From: the human T2T-CHM13v2.0 reference genome, Homo sapiens
Length of the DNA: 64,000 nt
Strand: one strand, 5' to 3'
NCBI RefSeq assembly: GCF_009914755.1
Contig: NC_060928.1
Shown here: piece after piece, positions 47,125 to 63,479 of the stretch
Layout: each line of letters opens with the position of its first letter
Position numbering within the stretch: the first letter of the stretch is position 1
Program-made: the position numbers and the translations under genes
Notes under the pieces: generated by a model
The model's database searches: none
Seen by the model: only the letters and a program-made list of their open reading frames with translations
What the model was told of the DNA's origin: nothing

Positions 47125-48392
47125 TGTTGTTAATAGTGGTAAAATATTTGGTGCAGCTTCTCAGTGGCCACATTTTACAGTTTCGGATGCACTTTCTGGA
47201 TCGGGCATGCATTTTCTGCTTGTGTAACTCTGCTTATTTTGCATTATTTTAAGGCATTTATAATTAATTCTGATTCCTCATTTTGGACTATGTTTTGTTT
47301 CTCCTGAACCGTCTCTTTCCTGTAGGTAGAGGGAAGCATTTCATGGAGGGCCAGGTCCCTGGCTAGGACAAGGTAGAGCCTCACAGTCATATTTGGTATC
47401 CAGCGGCCATTGCTCTGCCCCAGCCTGTCATCTGGCTGTGGTGGGTTTGGTGGCCCACGTCTAACTCTACCTCTGTTTCTAGACTGTGACCCGGGACCGG
47501 GGGAAATTAGTAGCAGCCCGTGCCTCCAGTGCCACTGTGGCGAGCCCTCTAGGACGGGCCTCTCACATTGGGCTTTATGGTGTCCGCGGCCTCAGTGTCA
47601 GTACTCTGCTCCTCCCCACAAGCAGCCCTGCTCAGTTTGCCCTGGGCTGGCAGGCTTTTTCTCTGTGTTGAGGTTTGGCATTTCACCTCACTCCTGTTTT
47701 CATTAAAAGTAGACTTTTCCTTTCTATTTCAAGTTCTGTGGATGATTTTGGGAGAATGTTTTCTTTATATCATCTGCAAATACGCTTCCTCATTTCCCAC
47801 CTCGACTTTCCATCTTCCACTTTCAATCTTTTCTTTTTTTGGAAGGAGGGTGGGGTATTGTCAGAGTTGTATTTTCCAAGAGCCCTTTCAATTTCTCCAT
47901 TTTTGCCCTTTATCACTGTGTGTGTGTGTGAGAGAAAGAGACATACAGCATACATATAGAAAGATGTGCAAAATGTAAATGTATATTTAACAAGTGGTTA
48001 TAAAGCCATATAATATGCAACAACCACACAGGTAAAGAAATAAAGTCTTACCAAAACCTAGCAGTCTCCCAGGTGTCCCTCTCCAGTCACCACACTCTTC
48101 CTCATGCCCCGACCCCAGTACCCCCAGGAGTCAAACACTTTTCTGCCTTTAGTGTCATCATGTCTTAGCTGTGTTTATAATTTTACCACCTATATATGCA
48201 TTACGAAAGAGCTGCTTCTCCTTGCTATCTTTTTCTTGCTGTAGGTCTTGTATCTTCAAAGATACTTAGAAATAGGGTTCCGAATATAACTTTTTCTGTT
48301 TCTGCACTCTCTCTCTTCTTTTGTGTTTCCTTTAATCTGTCAGACTGATTTTGTTCCACTCACATGAAAACTCTGTCCCCAGTGCCTCCTGA

Positions 48393-48809
48393 TCCTTGCC
48401 TCTGCATTCATGACTAAGTGTGATGCACTGGGAGATGACTGGGAGTCCGTAGGGAGTGGGCGTATTGGCCAGTGGTCCTTGTCTCTGCATTCATGACTAA
48501 GTGTGATGCACTGGGAGATGACTGGGAGTCCGTAGGGAGTGGGCGTATTGGCCAGTGGTCCTTGTCTCTGCATTCATGACTAAGTGTGATGCACTGGGAG
48601 ATGACTGGGAGTCCGTAGGGAGTGGGTGTATTGGCCAGTGGTCCTTGGCTCTGCATTCATGACTAAGTGTGATGCACTGGGAGATGACTGGGAGTCCGTA
48701 GGGAGTGGGTGTATTGGCCAGTGGTCCTTGGCTCTGCATTCATGACTAAGTGTGATGCACTGGGAGATGATTGGGAGTCCGTATGGGATGGCGTATTGGC
48801 CAGTGGTCC
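48393..48809. repeat. Minisatellite, 83-bp unit x5
   Basis: CTCTGCATTCATGACTAAGTGTGATGCACTGGGAGATGACTGGGAGTCCGTAGGGAGTGGGYGTATTGGCCAGTGGTCCTTGK at 48400, 48483, 48566, 48649 and 48732. Confidence 0.97.
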
Positions 48810-49224
48810 CCTTAACAGAGCGGACCTTTGTTGTTGGGCATCACCTGACCCCAGTGTCTAAAGGAGAATTTCCTCCTTGGAGATAACGTCTGACCGCAGC
48901 CTTCTGGGAGCCACGGGAACGGTCTTGTGTGCCTGCAATTAGAACACACGTAATCACTTTATTTCTGAATTTAAGCCTCACCCAGTCCCCCATGGTTGCT
49001 TATTTGCTGACTCCTAGCTAGGAAACTTTCTGAGATTCTCTGAGTGAATCACATTTGTTTTCTTCGTAGGTTGTGGCTTTCTTTATTGTACTAAATCAAT
49101 GCCTACTAGTCTGTTAAATGTCAAAGAAATATTAAACTTTTTATATTCTAATACTACTTCTCCCATTCTTTTGTCCTAGTGGGCTTAAGGATGTTTTAAT
49201 TTATTTTGCTGTCCTCGTAGTTGA

Positions 49225-49532
<308 letters not shown>

Positions 49533-49879
49533 TTAGTTGATTTTCTTAAGGCAGAGCAGATAACATTTGTGCTTACACTACCACATTTAACCAACATTTC
49601 AATCAGGGATAGTTTAAATAAAACTTTATATAAGAGTTTCCCATTTCCTCCATTCTCTTTCTAGAAGTTTTTTTTCTTTTTTTTTTTTTAGTATTGTTAT
49701 TACTTGTAACTGTCTGTGTGAGTGCAGAGATATAATATTAAAATTTATCAAATTTCAGGGTAGTGATATTAATCATTTATTTTAGTAGCAAAATTAAATG
49801 TTAACATTCAACTGTAAGATTGGAAGATTTAACTGTCTTTTCCCCCATTGAATTAATACAGAACAAAAATTTATATTTC

Positions 49880-50641
49880 TGATACAGACAGGAGACAGGG
49901 AAATACTGGGTAGAAGATGATGGTGCCCTGACAAAGGCTCTGCCTTCAAGCCTGGAAGCCCATGGCTCTAAGTGGCAACAGGCATTCCTGTTTTCCTGCC
50001 CAAAAGTTGCCTTTTCACCTGCCATGCCCCACTATCCTGTACCCATATAAACCCCAATCCCCAGGCTCCAGAAGCAGGCAAGGAAGTAACAAACAGAAGA
50101 GTAGAAGAATAGCAGAATGGTGTGGCAGAGAGAAGAGAAGGAACATCTGAACATCGAGAGGAGTTCAGCTAGGGATGGTTGGAGAGGAGATTGGCTGCTG
50201 GATGGCCAAACTCCAGGGGAAGATCATCTTCCCACTCCATCCACCTTCCAGCTCCCCATCCATCCCACTGAAAGCCACCTCCACCACTCAATAAAACCCC
50301 CGCATTCATCCTTCAAGTCTGTGTGAAATCTGATTCTTCCTGGATTCTGGACAAGGACCTGGGTACTGAGAGGGCACTGAGCTGGTTAACACTTAAGCCA
50401 TCTGCAAACAGCAAAGCTAAAAGAGTGCACTGTAACACACGTCCACTTGGGCTTTGGGAGTTGCAGGCACCCACCCTTAGATGCTACCATGGGGCCAGAG
50501 CCCAAAACACACTCAGCCTGGCTCCTGCACCTGCCTGTGTGCCCCCCTCCCATAAGGGGTTTGAGTGTGCAGTGGCAGAACATACGAGCCACACCCCTGT
50601 CGCATGTCCTGTGAGGGGGGTCAGGGAACTCTACCGTTTCA
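49880..50641 (+). mobile_element. ERV1 solo LTR (LTR27/LTR1 group)
   Basis: TGATACAGACAGGAGACAGGGAAATACTGGG...CCGTTTCA; TSD TTTC; internal TATAAA and AATAAA. Confidence 0.85.
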
Positions 50642-51489
50642 TTTCCACTGGTTGATATGAGATTTTGCAAATGATACACTGTAGATCAGATACTCTCAAA
50701 GAAAAAAAAAGGCTACAAAGTTGTAGTGTTCAATTACCTTATTCATGAATACTTTTTTCCTAACCTAATTAACTCAATGTCTTGGCATCACTAGGACTTT
50801 GAGCTTTACCCAATACGGGTTTCTTTCTTCCCGAAGCGTTTGTTTTACTGCCCCATTTTATTGCTTTCAATTAATGAAATCTGATTCTAAAACCAAGAGT
50901 TCCTGAGGTGTTAGCCACCACCACTATCCTCCCTGCTGTCACCTTCATTCTATCTGTTCCACCTATCTTTTGAGGACATCTAGAGTTGAGGTTATTAACC
51001 TTATATCATGTTCCCTTCTCCCCCCATTTGTACTCATTTTGTTTAGTGTGGGTAATTCAAATGTAAATTGTTTTGGTCACAAACCCCAACTGCTTGCTCA
51101 CAGAATAGCCTGCAATCTGCCTTTTGCAATGATCACTCCTTCCTGGAGGGTACGTTGGCATCATTGAGTCTGATGGCACCTGCTTCTGCCATGTTAGAAC
51201 ACTGCCTGCAGCCCTAGGATCTGGACTTCAGTCAGACCAGCAACATATTTGCTTTTTTCTCTTCTTTGTTTGCCTATTTCTCTGTCTTCTAATTGTTTTA
51301 AAGGTGAAGGAGAGTAGTAGTACAGAAATAATAATAACACAAAATTAAAATTAAATTAAAATGTAAAAAATAAGTACAGAATTAATTTTTCTCTGGCTTG
51401 ATTTTAAAATGTTAGTTCCAAGTGCTTTAGGTTGGAGATGTTTCCGACCCGAGCATGTCTTCCCCCACGTAAGCATCCCTTCACACATT

Positions 51490-51690
51490 CTTTGAAATCA
51501 GCTGCTCTGATCCTAAATGTAGGCCTCACGTCTCACCAGCTGTATAATCTTGGGAAAGTAGGAAACTCACTTTACTTCTTTATTTCTGGGACAGGGATCC
51601 TATCTCCAAGAGTTGTTGAAAGGATTAAATGATACAGTGCACTTAATGTTCCTGGTAGATAAGAAGTGCTCTATAAGTAGTGACCATTTT
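51490..51690 (+). mobile_element. MIR
   Basis: CACCAGCTGTATAATCTTGGGAAAGT...GTTGTTGAAAGGATTAAATGA. Confidence 0.75.
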
Positions 51691-52418
51691 TATCATCTGT
51701 GTAGATGTTAAAGTTTGCCAGGATATTCTAGGATTATATACTCTGCAATTCCGTGCTGCTTTCATACGTTTGCTCTGATAAAACTTCCCTAGGACACTGA
51801 GAAAAGATTTTTCAGGGCTGACTAAGCCCTGCTTAAATATTTTCCAGCTGTTCTGGTTCTTAAGAAAGAAAAAAAAATAGATTCTTAAAAGAGAATTAAC
51901 TCATTTATTCTTACTCTTTATTCTCTGTGTCTGAGGGGAGACCCTACCAACCTCCCATCTATGACTCCCAGTAATCACAGGATACATCATTGTCTGGGAA
52001 GAGAGGGAGAGGGCCACAGGCTTGGCAAAGTCCGAACTTCCGGTCTTCCTGCTTTCCAATATCCCCAGGCTTCTGGCCTTGTACACGGTTAACGTGTTTC
52101 AGCTAGTGCTGAGTGTTGCATTCTGCCCCTTCAACCAGATCACTTCCGCTGAAAGTTTGCATCTCCCAGTATCAGTGTTGGGGAAGCCAAATGAAATCTA
52201 TCAATCCCAGTTCAGAATGTAAAGAAACTGAAGATCCTCTTTCCCCATATGGATTATTATATCATCATAGCATTTGGAGAAGCCAAGATCAACAAAAAAG
52301 CAGTTAGCAGGTATGCATGTGTGTGTGCTATTTGAACATTACACATAGTAATTTTTCAGAAAAGATTCTCATCTCTGAAAAACTTTTCCTCCCTCAAGAC
52401 AAAAAGAAGTATAGCTCA

Positions 52419-52579
52419 TTTCATTTTAGGATATAATCTGTCTTTGGGCTTCAGCATTTTAAAATTAGACATATCTTTGATAGAATATTCTTTCAATTGT
52501 TAATTTCTCCAAGAAAGTTCAGCTCTCTGGAATCAGATTGAGATTTTTTGTTAAATCCTTATATTTGTCTTCAGTGCAT
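52419..52579 (+). repeat. Copy 1 of a dispersed ~160-bp direct repeat
   Basis: CTTCAGCATTTTAAAATTA...TTAATTTCTCCAAGAAAGTTC...TTAAATCCTTATATTTGTCTTCAGT, also at 54220-54388. Confidence 0.9.
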
Positions 52580-52832
52580 TCATGTTTTAAAACAATACAT
52601 TGAAAATTTGGAAGTGTTTTTACTTCAAATAACTACATTGTCTTTTTCTAAAATGAGAAGTTGCAGTGTTCCATGTTCTGATTTGATATTTTTCCTGATT
52701 TCTGTTAGTAGTCTTGGATGTTTTCTGTACTTGTATTTGGAGTATGCACACTTGTCTGAGACAGTTCTATTTCTCACAGTCTTCACTGTGCCACATATTT
52801 GCTTCCCTGTCATCTTCAAAAGAGTGGGCTAA

Positions 52833-53123
52833 GGCCAGGCGCGGTGGCTCACACCTGTAATGCTGACACTTTGGGAGGCCGAGGCGGGTGGATCACGAGG
52901 TCAGGAGATGGAGACCATCCTGGCTAACAAGGCGAAATGCTGTCTTTACTAAAAATACAAAAAATTAGCCGGGCATGGTGGTGTGCATCTGTAGTCCCAG
53001 CTACCCGGGAGGCTGAGGCAGGAGAATCACTTGAACCCGGGAGGCGAAAAGTTGCAGTGAGCCAAGATCGCGCCACTGCACTCCAGCCTGGGTAACAGAG
53101 CGAGAGACTCCATGAAAAAAAAA
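52833..53123 (+). mobile_element. AluSc/Y-like
   Basis: TSD AAAAGAGTGGGCTA. Confidence 0.94.
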
Positions 53124-54219
53124 GAGTGGGCTAGAGCTTGGCTACACTGCGAGATTTATTGTCTTTGAACTGCCACTTATTCTGAGCTGCTCACTTCCAT
53201 TAATCAGCCTGACTTACCGACTCTGGAATTGTGTGCTCATATCAGACAGGTTGTGGCTAAAGTCCATCCATTACATTTCTAGGCCCTCACTTCTCTGTAC
53301 AACCCCAGTTCAGTCATGCTGGCAAATACGTGGGGAGCGCTCAGCCCTGAGGAGTTCCATAAGGGAAAGTTCCACATGGGCTTGGATTATATACCTAATA
53401 ACTCAGAGCAAATTTGTGAAAGCTTCACATGTCATTTACAATTTGTAGGCACTGCAGAACTGTAGATTCTAAAGAGAGAAGGCTATGCCTTCTGATGATA
53501 GTCTTAAATCATGGAAAGCTAAAACAATAAACACCTCAAATTCAGTGTATCTTTGCCTTGGAAAAAGGGTTAGACTTCATGGTTGCAATTCACCTCACTC
53601 GCCTGTGGTTCATTGATTCTGACATCTAATTAAATTGATCATCTACAGTGATCACAAGGCGATTGTTTGCCAAACACTACTGGCAAAGTAAACTTAGCTC
53701 ATACTTGTAATTTACTTTAAGGTTTCTATCCGGAATTGGGAACAAATAAGAAATTGGTTTTGACTAGGAAATTGTACACAATTGTAATCATAATTTGGAC
53801 TGGAATAATAACCACTGTGCATTTGCTTGTTTCTGACTTTGTTAGTCTTCATAATATTCCTTTCAGGAGGTTGGCTATATTTATAGTTAACTGAATTTTG
53901 CCAATGTTTTCTTTCCACAAAGCTTGTTGTATTTAATTGTCTTTAAGAAAAGAAACGAAAAGTATCTGTCAACTTTCAAGAAATAAAATGCTTTTGTTAA
54001 AAATCAATATTTATTAAAGCGAATGTCTTTTGAAAATTCAAGCAATATATAATTTGCAAACATTTGATTAAAATAGTTTCAGTAATATATTTTTAGCTTG
54101 AATGGGTCAAGATAATAAATCAATATTTTCTCTCAAATTCTGATAACGTGTAAAAAAGTTCTTTGAAACAATAATAAAACTTAAGAAAAAGCAGTCAGTA
54201 AAGCTACTGATGATTCTTT

Positions 54220-54388
54220 ATTTCCTTTTATGAGATAATCAGTCTTTTGACTTCAGCATTTTAAAATTAAAAATACCTTTGATAGAATATTCCTTTCACT
54301 GTTAATTTCTCCAAGAAAGTTCTGCTCTTTGGAATTAGATTAACTAATGATATTTTTTGTTAAATCCTTATATTTGTCTTCAGTACAT
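54220..54388 (+). repeat. Copy 2 of the dispersed ~160-bp direct repeat
   Basis: Aligns to 52419-52579 with a small indel. Confidence 0.9.
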
Positions 54389-54770
54389 CCTAGTAGACTT
54401 GTTTAGATAGCAGACCCAAGAGTTAAATTCAAATAATTAGCAGGAATGGAAAGTAGAGGATTCTAATTTTTCTTAAGAAAATGCTTTCTTATCATTGGCA
54501 AAAGAATGAGTTTATTCACAGACATTTTTATTCCATTATTCTGTGAGTAAAGAAAGGAAGAGGAGGCATGTTGAGGTTTTCTTTTCCTAATGATGTTACA
54601 TTAATTATTGTAGCCAAGATACGCTTTTGAATACGATACAAAAACATACCTACAATAATGATCATAAAAATATTCCTTTTTCCATCGCTGAAAATTGCCT
54701 TTATTTGACAGGATGATCTTCTATGCATCTCATCCGACTGTCTGTATTTCCCTTCTGCTTTGGTGGAGTG

Positions 54771-54774
<4 letters not shown>

Positions 54775-54811
<37 letters not shown>

Positions 54812-54846
54812 AGGGAGGGAGGGAGGGAGAGAGAGGGAGAGAGAGA
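54775..54846. repeat. Homopurine (GA)n/(GGGA)n tract
   Basis: 72 consecutive purines. Confidence 0.95.
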
Positions 54847-55039
54847 CAAGGCGGAAGCAGAGGCTTTGCGGGTAGAGCAGATAAAGATTCCCAGACAAAT
54901 TTCATGGGTGAAGTGGCCAATTTACTTCTTTTATAGCTGAATGTCATTTTTTTTGTGGATTTTTCCATCAAGTAGTGAAAACTCACATATTAATAATATT
55001 CAGAGTCTCCTCTGGCCATTTAAGCACCCTCTTTGTCCA

Positions 55040-55690
55040 GAGTCAAGTCAGATTCTTGGCGGCCCTCCTGGCGCCACGTGTGTGAGGTGGGGGGAGGTTT
55101 CTCACCCTTGGCGATCGTCTCCTCCGCACAGGGGCGTCTGTGGGGGTGTCGCCATTTTGTTTGGTCTCAGCTGCCAGTTCCCAGAGGAACCCTCTCTTCT
55201 GGCCACACGCCCGCTTGATGGTCACAGGCCTCCGTCAGCGGCTTCTCCATCCCTCTCTGGCAAGCTGAAGTACGTGACGACTTCCCTGGCCCTCTAGGGT
55301 TCTCAGGCCGTCAGGTACGGGTCTCTGTCAATCTGGCACCTGACAGCTGAGACAAACGAAAAAGACGCTCCGCTCGCTGATTCCTGGGCCGCGCGGGGTC
55401 ACGGGGCGCTGCGGCTTTCCTGGAATCTCCTCAGGATTCAGGCACACCCTGTGCTCTCAGGTTCACTAAACCCGTCTGGGGTTTCTACACACGACCTGAA
55501 GGCATCTCCGCCCTTTGGCGGCAGATAGAGGAATAGAAACGACTGAGGAGACATGAAGCAGGGAGGAAAAGCTGGATGAGAGGAAGCACAGGGAGTGGAA
55601 GGCAACGTCCAGGAGACACGGCTCCTGATGCCCTTTCGTCTCGGTGGGCTCTCTGTGGCGAACCGTTGTCTGCTTGAGAGGAAAAGGGAA
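55040..55690. promoter_or_regulatory. CpG-rich promoter-like element (candidate lncRNA promoter)
   Basis: Highest non-Alu CpG density in the window; E-box CACGTG at 55075, YY1-type CGCCATTTT at 55150, TACGTGACG at 55271, CTCF-like motif at 55508-55521. Confidence 0.65.
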
Positions 55691-55743
55691 GTCATATTTG
55701 GTGCCATCCTCTGGACTCCAGATGTTTTTATGCCTGGCCATAA

Positions 55744-55957
<214 letters not shown>

Positions 55958-56351
55958 TGTCAAATTAGCTATTTTTAAGGTAATCGATTCTGAAAGGCAA
56001 GTCAGAATGTATAAAGCTCAAATGAACTTCTCTATGTTACACACTGTTTCTGTACCATTCAGTCTTGACTCCACTCTTCCTGCCGCCCTCAGTCTAGTTG
56101 CAGTCCAGGTGCCCTGTTTTCAGTTCCTAAACCACACCATGTCATCTCTAGCATCAAGCATTTTTCTCTACAGCATTTTTCCTTCCTACCTACAACCCAT
56201 ACTTTATATAGTTAACTTCTATTCCTCATTTTTGTCTTCATTTCGAGTAACAGACTTGGGAAAATCTTCCATAAATTCGTAAGTTTAAGTGGAGAAGCCC
56301 TTATGTGTGTGTCCACAGTATCCCATAGCGCTTGGTACTGTGTTACCATAA

Positions 56352-56724
<373 letters not shown>

Positions 56725-56820
56725 CCAAGAGGCTTCTTGTAGGTCTTGTCTGTTGTTCTATTCTAGTGCCTTGCACAGTGCTTGAAATATGGAAGAATCT
56801 GTAAAAAATCATATTGAGTA

Positions 56821-57159
56821 CAGTTGGCTCTCTGGATCCGTGGGCTCCACATCCTTGGATTCAACCAACTGTAGATTGAAAATATTCAAAAATTAAAAAA
56901 AAATCGCATCTGTACTGAGCAGGTACAGACTTTTTTCTTGTCATTATTCCTTAAACGAAACCGTGTAACAACTATTCACATAGCATTTACATTGTATTAG
57001 GTATTCTAAGTAATCTAGAGATGATTAAAGAAAAAGCGAGGATGTGTGTAGCTTATATGAAATAGTGTGCCTTGTTATATCAGGGACTTGAGCATCTGTA
57101 GATTTTGGTGTCTTTGGGGGTCCTAGAGCCACTCCCCTGCGGATACGGAGGGATGAGTG
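56821..57159. mobile_element. MER2 (TcMar-Tigger)
   Basis: TA-CAGTTGGCTCTCTGGATCCGTGGG...GATACGGAGGGATGAGTG-TA. Confidence 0.9.
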
Positions 57160-57699
57160 TATGGAGGTGGTAAATGACTTGCTCCAGGTCACATTAGTGA
57201 GTGAAAGAGCAAGGGATGTGCTCTCGGCCATTCAGTTCTAGAATCTGTGCATTTAACCACGATGCATATAGCCAGACACAGAGCTGTTATTCCAAAACAC
57301 TGAGAATTAGTAACAAGGGCTCTTTAAACTATTGGATCTAAACTAATTTCAACTAGATTAAATCTACTTCATTACTTTTTACAAATGTTGTTTCCTGGGT
57401 GGGGCCTTTTGGAATGATGAAGTTAATTATGAAATAAAAATGGAAAAATGAATTTCATCCAAAATACATTTTCTGCAGATTTAAATGTCTGTGTATATTA
57501 CATATACACGCATCTGTATCTATGCATGTCTTTACATAGATATATCCATAAATGTATATGTTATATACAGCGTATTAGGGATAGTTCTCCAGAGACAGAA
57601 CACACGCACATATATACACACACACACACCCACACCCTGGCGCACACACACACATCCACACACACATATATGTGCACACATACACACACACACACACAC

Positions 57700-59168
<1,469 letters not shown>

Positions 59169-59378
59169 CATGTATATATACAAAGAGAGACATAGAGAGA
59201 GAGAGAGCGTGCACACACAAGAATGACAGGGAGAGAGAGATTTATTATAGGATTATTATGGGAATTGGCTCCCATAATTCTAAAGACTGAGAAGTCCCAT
59301 GATCTGCTGAAGAACTAGGAAAGCCGATGGTATAATTAGGTCTGAGTCCAAAGGCCCACAAATTAGGACCACCACACT

Positions 59379-59511
59379 AGCTGGCTGTGGTGTCAGTATC
59401 TGTCATCCCACCGATTTGGGGGGCTGAAGTGGGAGGATCACTTGAGCCAGGAGTTTGAGACCAGCCTGAGCAACATAGAGAGACCCCAGCTCTAAAACAG
59501 AAAAAAGAAAA
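59379..59511 (+). mobile_element. FLAM/Alu monomer
   Basis: GGAGGATCACTTGAGCCAGGAGTTTGAGACCAGCCTG plus A-rich tail. Confidence 0.8.
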
Positions 59512-60561
59512 TCAGGAGCACCAGTGCTCCAGGGCAGGAGAAGATGGATGTCCTAGGTCAAACAGAGAGAAAATTCTCCCTTTCTCTGTGTTTTTGCTCT
59601 ATTTGGGCCCTCAGTGGATTGGATGGGAGTGCCCAGCTGCTTAGTGATGGTGATTTCCTTTACTCGGTATACTAAGTCAAATGCTAATCTTTTCTGGGAA
59701 CACATTCACAGACACACGCAAAAAGTATGATTTCCCAGTTTTCTAGGCATCCTTTAGCCCAGTCAAGTGGGCACGTAAAGCTAAACATCATATACATGTA
59801 TGTATGAATATATACATGTTCCTTACCCTGGATTTCTCTTTCCCTGTCACTCTTATAATTTGTGTATTTATTTGGGGAAAGAATAGTTATCAAGAATTTC
59901 TAGAGGAAGCCAACTGTCTACATAAGCTTCAGAGTTACAACGCCTAACTCTGTCCAATCTAAGTTAAATTTAAGAATGAATGTTGAGTACATCTGGTTTG
60001 TATATGGTGTTTTGGCAGAGCTCAATTTAATTCATCTCAAAAAGCATCCAGTGAGCACATACCAAATAATGGCCTCATTTCAGGCTTTGGGCTGTATAAA
60101 TAACATACATCCCAATGTGGGGAAACCAGACAATAAACACAATAATTTACAGAGAATTTAAAGGAGGATGAGTGTCATGAGAAGAAAATAGTAAAAGGTA
60201 AGGAGGAGAGGAACTACATCGTTTGGGATTGCAATTTTAAACAGAGTCAAAACTTGAAATAATTTTAGAATGTTGCAAATATATCTAAAATACGTAGGAC
60301 GTCTTGCATGGTCACGTAAGTCTAGAATTAGAAAAATAGCTAGAGAATAAACTGAAAATTCAAAATTAATATATTAGAAAAATTTTGGAACTTTTATATT
60401 ATAGCAAGGTAATTAAAATATTTTCATAAATGTACCTTTATTTTGTTATCAGGAATTAGGCAAAGGCTGTTGAAATATTCGCAAATACAACCCAGCTCTA
60501 GAAATCAGGAAGTGGTGCTCTACGGATATGCAGGAGGGAGTGCTGAAAGAACAGCTCATGA

Positions 60562-60716
60562 GGTAGTGCAGGCAGAGGCAGGTTGATGGCAGCAGTGACT
60601 CCAATTTGCTCTCACTCTGTGTCTCCATTCACTTTGGTAGTGCAGGCAGAGGCAGGTTGATGGCAGCAGTGACTCCAATTTGCTCTCACTCTCTGCCTTC
60701 ATTCACTTTGGTAGTG
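60562..60716. repeat. Tandem duplication, 74 bp x2
   Basis: GGTAGTGCAGGCAGAGGCAGGTTGATGGCAGCAGTGACTCC... at 60562 and 60636. Confidence 0.95.
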
Positions 60717-60892
60717 TCCTCTTACACAGACGCTGGGATTGGAAACCAGATTGCTTTGACAAACGGGAAATTAGCAAATATGAGATGTGCAGCAACTTGA
60801 GAAGTGCTCATGTGCTGAGGCATGTTTATTGATACACTTAGAGACCCGAGACCACTATGCAAATATGCGCCCACCAGCCCTCTGGAGGATGA

Positions 60893-61240
<348 letters not shown>

Positions 61241-62533
61241 CTGAGCCAACCATGGTTTAACCACCAGTGATCTGAGTGGCCAGGTGGTCTCTGATGATCC
61301 ACAAGCTGACCAAGGTTATCACAGATGCTCACATAAGTCTAGCCCAGACCAGAACTTCCAAGCAGAGTGCAGCTGAAATTGCTTTCATAGAATGGGCTAA
61401 TAAATGGTCGTCATGTTAAACCAGTAAGGTTAAGTGGTTTGTTACACAGCAAAAGCTAACTGACACAGTGCATTTAACTACTTCAATTCTGATAGCCCAT
61501 CACAGAATATTTTAGCTAAGAACTACATCTAATTTATAGTCCTTTATATTTTTTTCTGTTGGAAGCATTTCATAGAGACAAACTAGTTGCTATTTAAGTA
61601 AAATAATGCACCATTATGCATACGTTTTTGTTACCTATGTAGACAATGAGAAAATAGAATTGTTTTAAATTCCTAGGGACACTTATAAGTTCTAGGTTGA
61701 CATTTATCAAATTTTCATTATTATGTCTAAGCACAGTCTTTCCCTACTACCTCCCAAATAAAGAGTTACCTGCTAGGCGCACATCTATCCCACGAATTTG
61801 TCAGCTCAAAGGAACAAGGCCAGCAGTTATGCTTGATTATACAGAATAAATAGAGTATGAAAATTGAAATTAGACACACTTACTATAAAATGTGATGATT
61901 ATTTCCATTCCAGGACCAAATTGAATTAAAAAAACCTTATTGATCTGGATTGAATTTCAATTTGCTAAGATTTGAGGAAGCCAACTTCTGCCCAGTAATG
62001 TTTGAATAGAAAGGCTTATGAGGCCAATAGTCTGTTCATCACAGGTGATAAAGTTTTTTTTTAAAGTCAATAAATTACTTTTTACTACAGGAGAAACGTA
62101 TGCTTTATATGCCAACAAAGAGTTGAAATGCCAGAAGCACTTGAGGACTAAATTACGGAGCACTTATTTCATCACAACAGAACGCTAACGCCGGTGCTTG
62201 ATTACAACAAGCCATCCAATTGCATGAATTTGGGCTGCAAGGCACCCAGGCTTTTATATTCATTAGCAAAGTTATTGATTCTGGAAAGTTACCTCTAATA
62301 AAACTACACCATTTTCTCAGGCCTGTTATATGGGCGCAGACAAATTATTTGATCAACGATATTGAGCAAAAGGAAAAGCATTCATTGTCTCTAATCTCTT
62401 TTCCCTCCTCCCAGAATTGTACATGGCGATCATCAGCAGTATGAAGAGGAGCTGTGGGGCCAGGTCTGATTTGGTTTTATATAGCTATATAAATATTTGA
62501 TAATTAAATCACATTGTTTCAATAAGAATATTA

Positions 62534-62858
<325 letters not shown>

Positions 62859-63169
62859 ACAAAATAGTATAATATTATATTCATAAAAATAATTTTACAT
62901 TTACACAAAGGTGTAATTCACTGTACATTAGCTTCAACAAAACATCCATAAGTTATTCAATTCCCAGTTATCGGCTGCTTGAACTTTTATGCCCTTTAGC
63001 TCCATCTGTTAAAGAACGCATACCTCCATAGAGCTCCCATAAAATAGTTTTTAATTAATTTAATCAAAGAATATTGTTCCAAGAATATAGTTAATACACT
63101 GAATGGAATTTTTATAAATAAAATTAATAAAGATGGAAATGTGTTACTTAAAAAATAAGATTCTAGCTA

Positions 63170-63470
63170 TTCTATCATTGTTTGTGTTTCCATTTAAATA
63201 TTAGAATCACCTTGCCAAATTCCACACAAAAATCCTGCTGATATTTTGATTGGAATTGCATTGAATCTATTGCATTAATTTGGGGAAAATTAATATTTAA
63301 AAATAGTGAGTTTTCCAATCCAATCACAAAGTATACCTTACCATTTATTAGAAATTTAATTTTCTCAGCAATGTTTTAGTTTTCAGTGTGGACATTTTCC
63401 ATCTATTTTCTTAAATTTATCTCTAAATATGACATATTCTTTATGTTCTTATATAAATATTTAAAGTTCA
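63170..63470 (-). mobile_element. Old L1M ORF2 fragment
   Basis: ATTTTGATTGGAATTGCATTGAATCTA. Confidence 0.75.
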
Positions 63471-63479
63471 CATTCATAA

